64,000 nt of DNA, taken from a virus (lineage: Duplodnaviria; Caudoviricetes). Within the stretch, counting starts at the first letter, position 1, and every line of letters begins with the position of its first letter. Below are positions 18,901 through 30,179 of the stretch, in pieces. The notes beneath the pieces are model-generated. The model ran no database searches and had not been told where the DNA came from. It was given only the letters and a program-made list of their open reading frames with translations. Location: IMG/VR virus record IMGVR_UViG_3300028048_000054. One strand, 5' to 3'. Made by a program: the position numbers and the translations under genes.

Positions 18901-19605
18901 CTAGTTATACAAACCACCTAATGGACTATCAGCATCATCCATTTCATCTACCAAACCTTGTTTCAATTTAATCTGGTACTGCAACTCTTTCTTCTCTAAC
19001 GCCCACAACTTCTTCTCACGTTTGAAAGTGTCATTGTTATCTTTCATCTTCGCCTGTAACTTCACGGACTGTTTAGCCAGCAAGTCATACGCAACTTGTT
19101 TCTGACCTAATTGTGATTGCAAATTAAGTATCTCTTCTTTCAAAGGCTTCTCGGCTTCTTGTACCGCAGCCTCACACATCTTTTCAGATTTCTTAATTTC
19201 TTTTTCATACCACTTATTATCATTGGATGAAGCACCTAGCATAGCCAACCAACCTACAATGCTCGCCCCACCGATAACTGCTAATACTACTATAAAAGAT
19301 GAAAATAAAAATGCCATAGGATTAAACCCCGCTTCTCCAGTCGCTGTATTTGTCAGTACATAATCTAACGATATGTAATGAAAGGAGCCGTCCAAACTAT
19401 TATTACTCAAAGTAAATAATACCCAAACAGGCCCGTATAGGAAAATCAATGTTAGTATTCCTGTAAAAATAGCAGTACCTAAAATACTTGCACCAGGATT
19501 ACTACGTCCACATTCTCCTGTATTCTTAAAATCTTCTCGGTCTAATACCCACCCACGGATTTCATCAAGTTCTTCTTCCGTGTAGGTATGCTTTTCTTTT
19601 TCCAT
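18901..19605 (-). CDS. membrane protein with C-terminal coiled coil
   Basis: Two hydrophobic segments and a heptad-rich tail. Confidence 0.7.
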   Translation of the reverse strand: MEKEKHTYTEEELDEIRGWVLDREDFKNTGECGRSNPGASILGTAIFTGILTLIFLYGPVWVLFTLSNNSLDGSFHYISLDYVLTNTATGEAGFNPMAFLFSSFIVVLAVIGGASIVGWLAMLGASSNDNKWYEKEIKKSEKMCEAAVQEAEKPLKEEILNLQSQLGQKQVAYDLLAKQSVKLQAKMKDNNDTFKREKKLWALEKKELQYQIKLKQGLVDEMDDADSPLGGLYN

Positions 19606-19621
19606 AAGACCTCCTATAAAA

Positions 19622-19649
19622 TGCCCACCACCTTTATAGTGGTGGGCAT
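19622..19649 (-). terminator. stem-loop, probable terminator
   Basis: TGCCCACCAC/GTGGTGGGCA inverted repeat followed by a T run on the minus strand. Confidence 0.65.
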
Positions 19650-19659
19650 ATATTATAAA

Positions 19660-20292
19660 CTACTTCAACACTTCCAAAAAGATACGAACAGTTTGTGTGT
19701 CATTGGTAGCATTATTAAAGAAACTGTCATTATCAACATCTTCTTCATCATACTCGCTCGTGTCATCATCAAGGTCGTACCCCTGCTCCTCATACTTCTG
19801 TTCTATTCTATGAAACTCATCTAACGCATCATAGAATTTAGAATAGGAAGAAGTAATAGTTTTCACGACTTTATCATCTTCAACTATCTCACGTTTCACA
19901 ATGTAGGTTCGTTTCTTACGTTCTTGTAATCTTTTATACACTCTATCCAAAATCCAAGTTTGGTCATTGAGTGATAACTCATCAACGTGTACGGCCCTAC
20001 CGTCTGCTATTGCTTCCTCAACATCATCTTCAGTTAAGTCTTTGAAGTCTTTACCTACTGTATCTAGGATAAGCATACCGTCATACATACCAATAGCATT
20101 ATCACTATCGTGGTCGGCAAATACATTGTCAGCAACCAACGACCCAAACGTAACACTCTCGCCGAAATCAATTCTATAATCGCACAAGAAACTTGCCATT
20201 TCTTTGGATAAGTCATATTCTTCTTTCAGCAAATTATTTCTTCGTGCAAACATATCTTGCATCATTTGTTCATTAGTTCTTCCAGTTTCCAT
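19660..20292 (-). CDS. acidic hypothetical protein
   Basis: 210 aa with GGAGG SD. Confidence 0.7.
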   Translation of the reverse strand: METGRTNEQMMQDMFARRNNLLKEEYDLSKEMASFLCDYRIDFGESVTFGSLVADNVFADHDSDNAIGMYDGMLILDTVGKDFKDLTEDDVEEAIADGRAVHVDELSLNDQTWILDRVYKRLQERKKRTYIVKREIVEDDKVVKTITSSYSKFYDALDEFHRIEQKYEEQGYDLDDDTSEYDEEDVDNDSFFNNATNDTQTVRIFLEVLK

Positions 20293-20301
20293 ATATGCCT
20301 C

Positions 20302-20883
20302 CTAGTCCTCAAAGTATTGCCACTCATACAACCGAAGTAATGACACATCATCTAAATCACTTATATCATAAGATGCGTGTTCATACTCATTAGTTGCTTC
20401 AATGGCCCGACCCTTTCTAATCTGTGTAATAGTAATACCACCCGCCATAGTGTCGGTAGGGTTTTCAATTACGCAAGGGTGTTTGAATACAATAGTGTTC
20501 TGCGTAAAATATGTAATAATTTTAGTTACAACACTATCTCTCAATGCCGTTAACTCTGCCAACTGACTATCAATTACACTCGTTGCTAACTTGTTATTAT
20601 ATTCAATGTTAGCGTGCTTTACTTTAACTCTCACATTATCAACCGCAGGTAATACTGATACAACTGCTTCACCTTTTATACTACCAACAATACTGTAAGA
20701 AGTTTTATCAGCCAACTTATAAACCAATGTAATCATATCAGTTAAGTTATATTGTGGTAACCCTTGATAAGACCCGATAGTTAGTTGTACCAAATGCTTC
20801 TTTAGGTCAGCCACAACTTCAACCTTACCATACTTCGTTTCAAAATCTTTTAATGTCATTTCTTTTTCGGCGTGTACTCTCAT
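20302..20883 (-). CDS. hypothetical protein
   Basis: 193 aa with SD. Confidence 0.7.
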   Translation of the reverse strand: MRVHAEKEMTLKDFETKYGKVEVVADLKKHLVQLTIGSYQGLPQYNLTDMITLVYKLADKTSYSIVGSIKGEAVVSVLPAVDNVRVKVKHANIEYNNKLATSVIDSQLAELTALRDSVVTKIITYFTQNTIVFKHPCVIENPTDTMAGGITITQIRKGRAIEATNEYEHASYDISDLDDVSLLRLYEWQYFED

Positions 20884-20884
20884 A

Positions 20885-21355
20885 CTATTCCTCCTCGTAT
20901 TTGTTAATCAAGTCAACAAGTTTTTTATTAAACACAGTATCAAACTTCATATTCTTTTGAAAGTGTCTTCCACAACCACACACCGTCCAAGACAGGTCAG
21001 TCATACTTTCTAACTTCTTTCTTTGTTTAGCAGGCAACTCTTTAATTAAATCTTCAAACTCACTGCGGAAACTATCATCATCTCCACAGTAGTATAGACC
21101 GTTCAACTCTGCTTCTTCGTTGGCTTCCTGCACAAACTCGTCTAACCCCAAATCAGTTTGGTCATACTTTACTGCTTGCTTCCACAAATCTCTATAATAC
21201 TCTGCATCATCTAACCTATCATCTACTTCGCTTTGTGTTAGAGGTCGCATAGAGTAACCCGTTGCACCTTTGAAACCATTGTCATCAAACACAGTTTCTA
21301 ATACAAACACTTCATCATCTTTAATACCTACAATTTCGTTTATTACTTCTCTCAT
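20885..21355 (-). CDS. acidic hypothetical protein
   Basis: 156 aa, first gene after promoter. Confidence 0.7.
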   Translation of the reverse strand: MREVINEIVGIKDDEVFVLETVFDDNGFKGATGYSMRPLTQSEVDDRLDDAEYYRDLWKQAVKYDQTDLGLDEFVQEANEEAELNGLYYCGDDDSFRSEFEDLIKELPAKQRKKLESMTDLSWTVCGCGRHFQKNMKFDTVFNKKLVDLINKYEEE

Positions 21356-21378
21356 ACGACCTCCTTTACTATAATACT

Positions 21379-21407
21379 ATTCTAGCATATTTTGGGGGAT
21401 TTGTCAA
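21379..21407 (-). promoter_or_regulatory. early-type promoter TTGACA-17-TAGAAT
   Basis: Repeated motif AATATGCTAGAATAGT. Confidence 0.8.
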
Positions 21408-21410
21408 GAC

Positions 21411-21803
21411 CTAATCCCACCAAGACCGACAGTAGAGTTGGGTTGCTTCAAACTCATCAGCAAATCTATCTAGGTTAGTGAAAGCAACCATTTCTTTAAT
21501 AGTAACTCTCTTTGCTTCCAAGCCCTCAATAGTAATCCGTCTGTCTTCACGGTCATTAGAAATAACATAACCGTGTGCTTTGAAGCGTGGGTGTTCTTTC
21601 ATAAACTCCAAGTATTCGCCGAGCGTGGTGCTACCATTTGTATTATCTTCTGGGTCGGCATAACCTTTATCTACTAACTCTTGTAAGGTCTTATAATTCA
21701 TACCTACAAATCTAGCACAACCACCAAAGAAGTTTTTAGCATCTACACCAACTAACTTGCATCTTTCCTTGTCTTGTTCTTCTGTATATTTTTCAAAGTC
21801 CAT
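21411..21803 (-). CDS. hypothetical phage protein
   Basis: 130 aa ending in WWD, with SD. Confidence 0.7.
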   Translation of the reverse strand: MDFEKYTEEQDKERCKLVGVDAKNFFGGCARFVGMNYKTLQELVDKGYADPEDNTNGSTTLGEYLEFMKEHPRFKAHGYVISNDREDRRITIEGLEAKRVTIKEMVAFTNLDRFADEFEATQLYCRSWWD

Positions 21804-21815
21804 AACCTATCCTCC

Positions 21816-23713
21816 TTACAGTTCAAGTAGTTCTTCTGTTATAATTAAACCGTCCTTGTTTTGTGTTTTCTTACTAACTACAATGTTTCCACCAGTACCG
21901 TGAAGCATACACCCTGCTAACTTATTGGCGTTCTTAACAGCACCCTCTAAATCACTTCCAAAGTATTGTGATAAACATTGTACTTCTTTGTACCAAACTT
22001 CTAAATAATATCCTTGTGCAAACATACTTCCTCCTAGATAGCAAATACGACATCTACTTCCGCGTCGTTTTGCCACTTAACAATTTCAATGATACACCGT
22101 TCAGTATCCATACATTTCTTTAACAATGACATCTTTTGTAATGCTTCCTCTAATTGGTGTTCCTCAAACCGTTGTTCAATTAGAGCGCATACTTCGTCTT
22201 TACCTTTCTCTAATACCTGCACAATATAATACTTGTTCATTTTATTTCCTCCCCGTCTTTATCAAACATACCGTCAAATTCCAAGTGGTAACCCTCAATG
22301 AAATCTTTGCCACACTTGTTACAATGGCACGGATAATCAACAGCACCACCCATATTCAAATCCATTGTTCCATAATCAATATCTTCACTCCCACAATATG
22401 GGCAAAGTCCTTGTTCTTTTTTAGCCATATTAGTACCTCGTTCTTATTTCTTTTACTATCTTACCGTCCTTTAATAATGCACATCTAATTAAATAACGGT
22501 CGGCTCTTATATCCTGCATATTAAGAGCAGTTATAAATCTAGGTAGAGAATAGACTGTGCCTTGTATCTCTGCTTCTTCGGCAAAGTCATCAATTCTCAA
22601 CCTCATCATATCGTCATTGGAAATTGTACGATACACTAAATATACTTTTGTTTCCCACATACTATATCCACTCTGGGCATTTAACCCCTTGACGTTCATA
22701 ATCTTTCCTAATGTATTCTTCTGCTTCCTCTCTTGTAGGAAAGAAATACCAGTCAACAGGCTCCAATTCCTCATCATCTTCTAACACTACGGCGATTAGG
22801 GTATTATCATAATCGGCCTTAAAATCTTCATTGATAGTCCAATGATACCCGTGCTTCAAATAATCGTTAGGTATTGTCATATTACCCCCAACCGTCAATT
22901 ATTTCTTCATCATAATCTTCGTAGTAGTTCATACCCATACCAAGTGCTATGCCCTCTAGTTCACTCCACCATAAGGAAGAAGTGTCGTCATCAGTTAAAT
23001 CATACTTGACAGTTCCTAAAACCTTTGACACACTGTCGTGTACCAACTCAACTAATGTTTGCATATCTTCATCAGTAAAGTCATAGGTGTCCATAGCAAC
23101 AGGCATTTCTTCCAAATCTCTACGGGCAACACTAGACCTACCACACTTAAACTCTTTGGTATAAAACTCCGCAGGGCGTTTCTTATCCCCAGTACGGTTA
23201 TGTTCAGTACAATAACCGTGTGTGTATTCGTTATCATACCACTCATTGAAACAGGCAGGTGCACCCTCGTTGTGGTCTTTGTACCATTGTTCAACATACT
23301 TACGATAAAAATTACCAACTCTATTTCCAATAAGTTCCATAGTTCACTCCTTACATAGCCATAAAAGGAAACCTAATAATATCCTTTTTGGTATCATACT
23401 CAACCCAACCACCAATGTCCTTTTCATAATCCCAACTCCTGTTCTGGTCAGGCACATTCATCATCAGTATAACTGGGCTAGGTACTAGGTCATACGAAAT
23501 TGTTATTCCAACCGTTCCTATTTCCAAATCAATAACAGTTCCCTCATAATCTGCACGGTCAACTTGTACCCATTGTCCTTTTAAGTACGACAAAAACTTT
23601 TCAACATCATCATCTGTTTTAAGTTTATGACCATACTGATTAGTCAACTTGCATACTCTTCTGTATGTAGATAATCCCTCTCTAACTAATATCATTGTAC
23701 CCTCCCGTTCCAA
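21816..23713 (-). other. cluster of ~7 short orphan genes (21816-22076, 22034-22240, 22237-22428 zinc ribbon, 22430-22777, 22662-22898, 22882-23340, 23351-23713)
   Basis: Abutting minus-strand ORFs with SD sites; several starts uncertain. Confidence 0.6.
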
Positions 23714-24378
23714 AACTTATCGTAATCTTCTTTATAGATACCGTACTCACTCATATACTCTTTTGCTTGCTCATATACATTACCATAAAAGCCAAGCAAA
23801 CTATCAATGTAGTGTCCTTTGTTATCCGTAATAGTCCAAGACCAAATGTTTTTATCTACAACAATATCATTATAGTCCTGCACATATTGCTCAACCGCCT
23901 TGCGTACTTCTTTGTTATCTTTCTTTATTAAGGCCGTTCCAACTAGGTTACCACTATTAAGATTTAGTCGTCCGTCTTTCTCATAAATCTTAATGTGCTG
24001 ACTTTCAGTTTGTATTGGTATGTCGTAATTATGATACATACAACAACCAGTAATATCAATATCCAAATTTTCTAGGTACTGACTATCATAGTGCATAGAC
24101 GGATTATAATTATGTTCTCTAAAAAAGTTAAACATATTATACTTGCACTTATTTACCATAGTACCTGTGGTAGTCGTCTTTCCGTCTTTAGTTTCCGTTG
24201 TCATTTTAATCGCAGTTCCACAAAAGAAGTGATTTATATTACCACCAACCACTGCGAAACTCTTACAGCCACAGATAGGACATTTAGTAAAAACCTTTAC
24301 AACATTTGTTTTAATGCCCCGTGAAATCTCTACATCTTTCTTTCCAAACAACACTTCATCTACACTAATATCTTTCAT
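23692..24378 (-). CDS. hypothetical protein with N-terminal zinc ribbon
   Basis: Start reassigned to MKDISVD after AGGAGG; CPICG motif. Confidence 0.65.
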   Translation of the reverse strand: MKDISVDEVLFGKKDVEISRGIKTNVVKVFTKCPICGCKSFAVVGGNINHFFCGTAIKMTTETKDGKTTTTGTMVNKCKYNMFNFFREHNYNPSMHYDSQYLENLDIDITGCCMYHNYDIPIQTESQHIKIYEKDGRLNLNSGNLVGTALIKKDNKEVRKAVEQYVQDYNDIVVDKNIWSWTITDNKGHYIDSLLGFYGNVYEQAKEYMSEYGIYKEDYDKFWNGRVQ

Positions 24379-24457
24379 ACTATTCCTCCTTATATTTTTG
24401 TGGGGAGTGGGAGGTATTGCACTCCCCACTCTTTGCTTGTTTAGTTCTCTTGTAGGA

Positions 24458-24973
24458 CTACCAACTTGACTGGTAGTAAAGAGTAGCACAATACTTTTTC
24501 CCAAACTTTAGTGCTTTATCCAACTGCTTTATTGTATCTTCTAGGTCAGCCCAATACCACTTCCAAAATTCATTGTCATCAGTATTAGTAGCACCAAAGA
24601 AGAAACCGTCTTGTGGTGGCAATAACTTTAATGCTAGTTCTTTATCCTTCTTATCCACCAACAAACTACAAATGTTTTTTAATTCTTCTAACTTCTCATC
24701 ATCAACTCTATATCGTTCACAGTTATCCACACCGTCCTGCACATTATCAACAAACCATTTGTGAACACAATTTACTTTACGCCAATATCCAACATCATAA
24801 CTGATAGAAGAAATGTTAGCGGTAGGAAACTTATTTACTTCTTTGAAATCATCTTTCTCGCCATCTCTAAATTCTACTTTATGTCTTTTAGAAACAACAA
24901 TACTTTTTGTTTTAACATTATGATACTTCGCACCAACATATACTTCAGCAGTCAAATACATATCTAATCCCAT
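24458..24973 (-). CDS. conserved phage protein (MGLDMYL...YWRK.N..H.WF family)
   Basis: Common phage early-gene motif pattern. Confidence 0.7.
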   Translation of the reverse strand: MGLDMYLTAEVYVGAKYHNVKTKSIVVSKRHKVEFRDGEKDDFKEVNKFPTANISSISYDVGYWRKVNCVHKWFVDNVQDGVDNCERYRVDDEKLEELKNICSLLVDKKDKELALKLLPPQDGFFFGATNTDDNEFWKWYWADLEDTIKQLDKALKFGKKYCATLYYQSSW

Positions 24974-24974
24974 A

Positions 24975-25502
24975 TTATTTATCCTCCTTATTTTTTAATT
25001 CTTCCTTATATTCTTCTGGGTAATACTTCTTAAACAAATGAGCAACTCCACACTCTGTAATATCGCCATTAGATACAACCATTGAAATATACTCAAGGGC
25101 TTCGTCTAAATCTTTTTTCAGTTCCTCAATTTGTTTCCACTCTGGCGGTACTACCTTTCCGTCTTTAATAACTACCGTACCACCACCTGCACACCGAACA
25201 TATCCACCTGCACTTTCTTCTGCAAAAGACCAACCAATAGTTCCATTGGCAGTTGGGAAGTGTTTGCAAATCAATTCAGCAAGGTCATCAATTTCAACAT
25301 ACTCATTTTCACTCACAATAACCCGTGCCTTTAATTCTTTTTTATCCCCGTCTGTTTGGGCTATGTAAGCAGGAACATAGATACCGTCATCAGTATATTC
25401 GTGGCACTCCTGTTCAAATGCTTTAATCTTTTCTTCCATTTCCTTTGCGCTATTAAACTTCACACCCACTTCACAGTTTGTAAAATTATAATCAATGCTC
25501 AT
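24975..25502 (-). CDS. hypothetical protein
   Basis: 175 aa with SD. Confidence 0.7.
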   Translation of the reverse strand: MSIDYNFTNCEVGVKFNSAKEMEEKIKAFEQECHEYTDDGIYVPAYIAQTDGDKKELKARVIVSENEYVEIDDLAELICKHFPTANGTIGWSFAEESAGGYVRCAGGGTVVIKDGKVVPPEWKQIEELKKDLDEALEYISMVVSNGDITECGVAHLFKKYYPEEYKEELKNKEDK

Positions 25503-25644
25503 AACAGTACCTCACTTATAATAGTTTGGTAGTTTTATTTAGTAAGGACAACTACTACCAAATGTCCTAGCAATTCATCTTTATACTCTCTCGCAACCGC
25601 CAAGAGTGTTAGGTTATTTTAAGTGCAACCTAATCGGTAATCAC

Positions 25645-25872
25645 TTACAACAAACTCTTTACTGTACGTTCTATTAGTTCGTGGTAGTCATTATAATACT
25701 TATCAGTATCTACTATAACTCCGTCGTCATACCCGTCCTCCGTACAAACCCATACAGTAGATACACCAACTACTTTATTATTCTTTACTACCAAGTCCAC
25801 ACAGTGCCTAACATTATGTGGAGTATAAAACAAAGACCACCAAGTGTCATTATGCTTTACTAATTTGTCCAT
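25645..25872 (-). CDS. hypothetical protein
   Basis: 75 aa directly after promoter. Confidence 0.65.
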   Translation of the reverse strand: MDKLVKHNDTWWSLFYTPHNVRHCVDLVVKNNKVVGVSTVWVCTEDGYDDGVIVDTDKYYNDYHELIERTVKSLL

Positions 25873-25894
25873 ACCTTCCCCTTACTATACTACT

Positions 25895-25923
25895 ATTCTA
25901 GCAAATTATAAATTGTTTGTCAA
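25895..25923 (-). promoter_or_regulatory. early-type promoter TTGACA-17-TAGAAT
   Basis: Repeated motif. Confidence 0.8.
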
Positions 25924-25928
25924 CACCT

Positions 25929-26423
25929 CTAACTGTGGAAGTCAACAACAACTGCGAACAGTTCAGTATCTTCTTCGTTAAAAGCAAGGAAGTCATAGTT
26001 AGATAAACCAAATGTAAATTTATCATAAGGGTTTATCTCAATGATTTCTTTTCTAATATCAACTCCCTTCTCGCTTGCACCTTGTATTCCGTCTAACTGA
26101 TTAGCAAGGTCAGCAACTTCAAAATACTGTTTCTTCTTTACTTTCTCTTGCAGTTCTTGTTCCAGTTTGGCAAACCGTTCCTTACTAGAAATGTCGTTCA
26201 ATGCTTTGTTCATACCCTCAACAGTATGTAAGCGTTCGTCATCTCTATCAGTTTCTTCATCAGGGTTTTTAGTCCACTTGTTATTTTTAATATCAAGCGC
26301 ACCAATAACTCTAAACCAGTTATTGCAAGTTAAACTTTCATCATTGTAAAACTCGTGTTCCAAAGCGGTCATAGCATTTTCAGCCGTATCACTTTTCATA
26401 ATAAAGATATGTCTATTGTGCAT
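25929..26423 (-). CDS. hypothetical phage protein
   Basis: 164 aa, MH...VVDFHS, with AGGAGG SD. Confidence 0.7.
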   Translation of the reverse strand: MHNRHIFIMKSDTAENAMTALEHEFYNDESLTCNNWFRVIGALDIKNNKWTKNPDEETDRDDERLHTVEGMNKALNDISSKERFAKLEQELQEKVKKKQYFEVADLANQLDGIQGASEKGVDIRKEIIEINPYDKFTFGLSNYDFLAFNEEDTELFAVVVDFHS

Positions 26424-26447
26424 AAGTCCTCCTTTATAGTAAATAGA

Positions 26448-26669
26448 TTATTTTTCTTTTATATGATAATCTACCACAAATCCATTATTCCACGCATTTA
26501 TTGCGGGTTCCAAATCATCATATAATGCAGTAGTTCGCATACATTTAGGGTTAGTACAGCGTACATAAACTAGCCCAAGTTGTCCTGCAATTCCATAAGT
26601 ATTTGACATAGCAAAATGTCCACACTTACATTTTTTTATTAGTGGATTATATCCCATAACTCCCTCCAT
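26448..26669 (-). CDS. Lar-like zinc-ribbon protein
   Basis: KCKCG...VRCTNPKC...AINAWN. Confidence 0.55.
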   Translation of the reverse strand: MEGVMGYNPLIKKCKCGHFAMSNTYGIAGQLGLVYVRCTNPKCMRTTALYDDLEPAINAWNNGFVVDYHIKEK

Positions 26670-26817
26670 TATCTAAATACTGTATTCAAACTTTTATAAA
26701 CCACTTCAACATTAAGACCTTTTGCAAAGTCAATAATTTCTTGTATCTTATGTAGGTCTTTGTTATCAACCGTAAAAGACATAACTGCTCTCTGTCTGCC
26801 TTGTTTCATAAGACCTC

Positions 26818-28571
26818 CTAGAAATATACTGTCGTTAGATAATCACTATCATAATCATAGTCATCATCTTTTTCCCGTTCTTCTTGCGGAACATATTTAT
26901 AAACATCAACACCAGTTCCGTGTTCATTGTCAAAAAATTTAAGTTCAAGTATTTCCCCAAGTACAATTACTTCCCCGTCGCTATAAGAGTTATCCTTTAC
27001 TGCGGTACAAATATGTTCTATTGTTTCCTTACTAAATTCTTTATTCGCCATAACAACCTCACTTAATTCCTAAACTAATTTGTCTGCGTATAGCCAAGTC
27101 AACAACCTTGTTATACTTACTACTCATAAGTGTTTGTCCTTTCTCTTGCAAACATTTATAAGTAATGTTTTGTAATTCATCTTTCGTAGTTGCTTTATCA
27201 ATAAGTTTTTTATATTCTTTTATTTCCATACTTAACTCCCTTTATATTTAAGGGCTTCAAACTCGTCATAGAAACCCTCTGCAAACGGATAGATACCTAG
27301 ACCCTGTACCTTGTCGCCCTCTAAATTTCGTACCAAACAAAAACTTGTCGGTGCTTTTAATGTACCCCAACTATTTCCCTCACTATCACTAGACAATACG
27401 ACGGGAACATTTCCAACTTCTTTTTTAATTTCTTGTAAAATTTTAATAAGTTTATCTAATGTCATACTAACCTCCTATACCAAGCCACGCGCAAGTTCTA
27501 ACAAACTATTATATTCAAGTTCATCTAAACTTACGGGGCATAGTCCGTCAATAACCATACCACCTTTAACTAGCAACTCTCTTGTGTCGGGGTTATATCC
27601 CATAACATACACATCATCTCGGCTATCACTATCCCCGAAATCACAGAAGAAAGTAATACCATACTCTTGTACCTCGTCTGTCAATTCATCATTGTCATCA
27701 TTATCATAGGCACTCATATCTTTTGGCAAGTTCATACCTTTTAATTTCTTATCTACAAACTCTGCCAACTTATACATAGTATCTTTACTATTCAAAAACT
27801 GCAACACCTGTTCAACTGTCATAACTATTCCTCCGTATTTTCTTTGCCCCACTTCTCTATCCAACCACCTTTAACGTACTCTATTTCAGCCATTAGATAT
27901 TTAATCTTATCTTCTAAACTATACTTTCTAGCGCACGCGGTAGTTGCTTTTTCAAAGTCAAATGTTTCTTTTTGTATATGCTTATCATAAATTTTTTGTT
28001 CCTCTTGTATTTCCTCCTTAAATACTTTAATAGCCGTTTTGTAATGTTTGATAAGGTATTTCTTATACTGTTCAACTGTCATATTATTCCTCCTCAAACA
28101 TATTGTACTTGCATACAACCTTATGTGTGTCATCATTTACAACAAAATAGATAACTTCCAACTCACTCACAGACAACTGCCCTAGTGTTTGACAGTCAAT
28201 GACCGCTAGGTTTTCTGCCAAACTCTTTGCGTGTTCTACCGTCATACCACCTTCAACCCAGTAGTTTCCGTCAATATCACTGTTCTGGTCGTCTAATACT
28301 TTGATTGATTTATGCACCGAGTAATTATGTCCGTTCATAACTATTCCCCCACAGTAATAATTTGCCATTGACAACCTTGTTCGTCATCCCCGACTAATAC
28401 AAAGTCATCTCGTTGTTCAGTAATACCTAGATTATTTTGATAAGCATACTGGTCAACATCTAACATCATTTCTTTTTTTGCTTGCTCAAAACTCTTATAA
28501 GTTCCAAGTGTTCTATTTCTATAATCACAACTGTCGCCCAAATCCATATAGATTACAACATATTTCTTCAT
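26818..28571 (-). other. cluster of short orphan genes (26818-27051, 27232-27465, 27475-27822, 27825-28082, 28084-28338, 28341-28571)
   Basis: Abutting ORFs each with a GGAGG/GGGGG SD. Confidence 0.6.
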
Positions 28572-28594
28572 ACACCCTCCTATACTATACTACT

Positions 28595-28623
28595 ATTCTA
28601 GCATATTTTAACCTCTTTGTCAA
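28595..28623 (-). promoter_or_regulatory. early-type promoter TTGACA-17-TAGAAT
   Basis: Repeated motif. Confidence 0.8.
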
Positions 28624-28675
28624 TACCTTTAGGGGTGGGGCAGAGCAAATGGAGGTTAAACTCTGCCCGTTAAAC

Positions 28676-29539
28676 TTACCAAACATCTTTTTCGTTTCTC
28701 TTTACTAACTGATTTTTACTGTTTATAGCATACTCTACTAAATCCCACAGAGTATGATTAGCAACATCATCAGTATCTTGCACTTGTTCCCTGTCAAGTG
28801 CGTGTCGTAATTCTTTTTGATACTGACCCCAGTTCACATAGTCAGTATAGGGAGTATCAAAATCATCATACACATTGTTCTCTAATTCTCTAATAGCATA
28901 GAGATATACATTCATTATCTCATTTATGCTATCCCCATTATTATCGTGTCGGTAATAATCATTTTCATACAACCGAACACATAAAGCACAATGGTAAATA
29001 TAAGAAAACTGTAAGTCCGTCAAGGTTTTCCAGTCCAAGTGCAACCAATAATCAAGTGTATTAGGATAGAAACTTGAAAAGCCGTCATAACTTGTAAAGT
29101 GATTTTCAAACACTTGCTTTGCTAGTTCCTGTTTTCCTAACAAGAAACCAACTAACTTATAGTAATCTTGTTCGGTTACTTTTACCTGTTTGAAAATTCT
29201 ATCGGTCGTAAAATTATACTCTCGTGGACTTGATACATCTGCTACCTTGCCTGTCGGTACAAGAGTAATAACATCTTCTAGGTTTTCATTTCCCAGTTCT
29301 ATAAACCTATCCATAGCAAGGTCGGCAACATCTTTCATATACTGCTTGTAATCTAAATCCCACCAACAATTAAACTCGTTCACTTTTAACTTGCTCAAAC
29401 TATCGTGCAAGTGTTCCAAGTCATAGTTCAAACCATTGTCTAGGTATTCCCCTAGTGCCGTTTCATAGAAACCACAAAAGCCAACCAACTCTACATCAAA
29501 AGTTTTTTCAGTCATAAGACCCCCTAATGTAATATCCAA
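28676..29539 (-). CDS. acidic hypothetical phage protein
   Basis: 287 aa; SPREYNFTTDRIF motif. Confidence 0.7.
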   Translation of the reverse strand: MDITLGGLMTEKTFDVELVGFCGFYETALGEYLDNGLNYDLEHLHDSLSKLKVNEFNCWWDLDYKQYMKDVADLAMDRFIELGNENLEDVITLVPTGKVADVSSPREYNFTTDRIFKQVKVTEQDYYKLVGFLLGKQELAKQVFENHFTSYDGFSSFYPNTLDYWLHLDWKTLTDLQFSYIYHCALCVRLYENDYYRHDNNGDSINEIMNVYLYAIRELENNVYDDFDTPYTDYVNWGQYQKELRHALDREQVQDTDDVANHTLWDLVEYAINSKNQLVKRNEKDVW

Positions 29540-29814
29540 GTATTCATTTCTTTATCCCAAGTAGCAAACTCTTGTTTCTCAATGAAGATAGCAAACGCAT
29601 CATAACTTTCCCAACCACACGCTTGCATAAGTTCGTGGCGCATTATATCAATTCTTTCTTGTTCAAATACAATATGATTTAATGTTTGTGCAGAGTTAGG
29701 TTTATTATACACCTCTTTTAGATGTTCTAACCACCCCCAATAATTATCTAACCGACACCATACCCGTATAGTTTTTTGTAAGTCAACTGTAATTTGTGGC
29801 ATATATTCCTCCAT
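29524..29814 (-). CDS. hypothetical protein
   Basis: 96 aa after promoter at 29827-29855. Confidence 0.6.
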   Translation of the reverse strand: MEEYMPQITVDLQKTIRVWCRLDNYWGWLEHLKEVYNKPNSAQTLNHIVFEQERIDIMRHELMQACGWESYDAFAIFIEKQEFATWDKEMNTWILH

Positions 29815-29857
29815 TTCTATAATACTATTCTAGCATATTTGTAAATGTTTGTCAGTG

Positions 29858-30169
29858 TTACTTTAACATACTGGCTATATCTCTAATATCATACCCAGTA
29901 TAAAATTCAACCACAACAGCAATAAATGATTTTGTGGCATACACTACAAAGTTTATCATACCTATAACAAACCCAACACCGAAACCTGCAAGAACGGGTG
30001 CGACTAACACTAGGATACCATAATCTTTTGGCAACTTACCATTTGTTAAAAAAGTAATAAACAAAAGTAAAAAACCAACACTTGCGCTAACTATACCTAC
30101 ATATCTAATGTTACTGCGTTCTAATTTTCTTGTCTTTTGTTCTGTTCTATATAAAAAATCTGGTCGCAT
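29858..30169 (-). CDS. small membrane protein
   Basis: Two hydrophobic helices, with SD. Confidence 0.65.
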   Translation of the reverse strand: MRPDFLYRTEQKTRKLERSNIRYVGIVSASVGFLLLFITFLTNGKLPKDYGILVLVAPVLAGFGVGFVIGMINFVVYATKSFIAVVVEFYTGYDIRDIASMLK

Positions 30170-30179
30170 AATACCCTCC

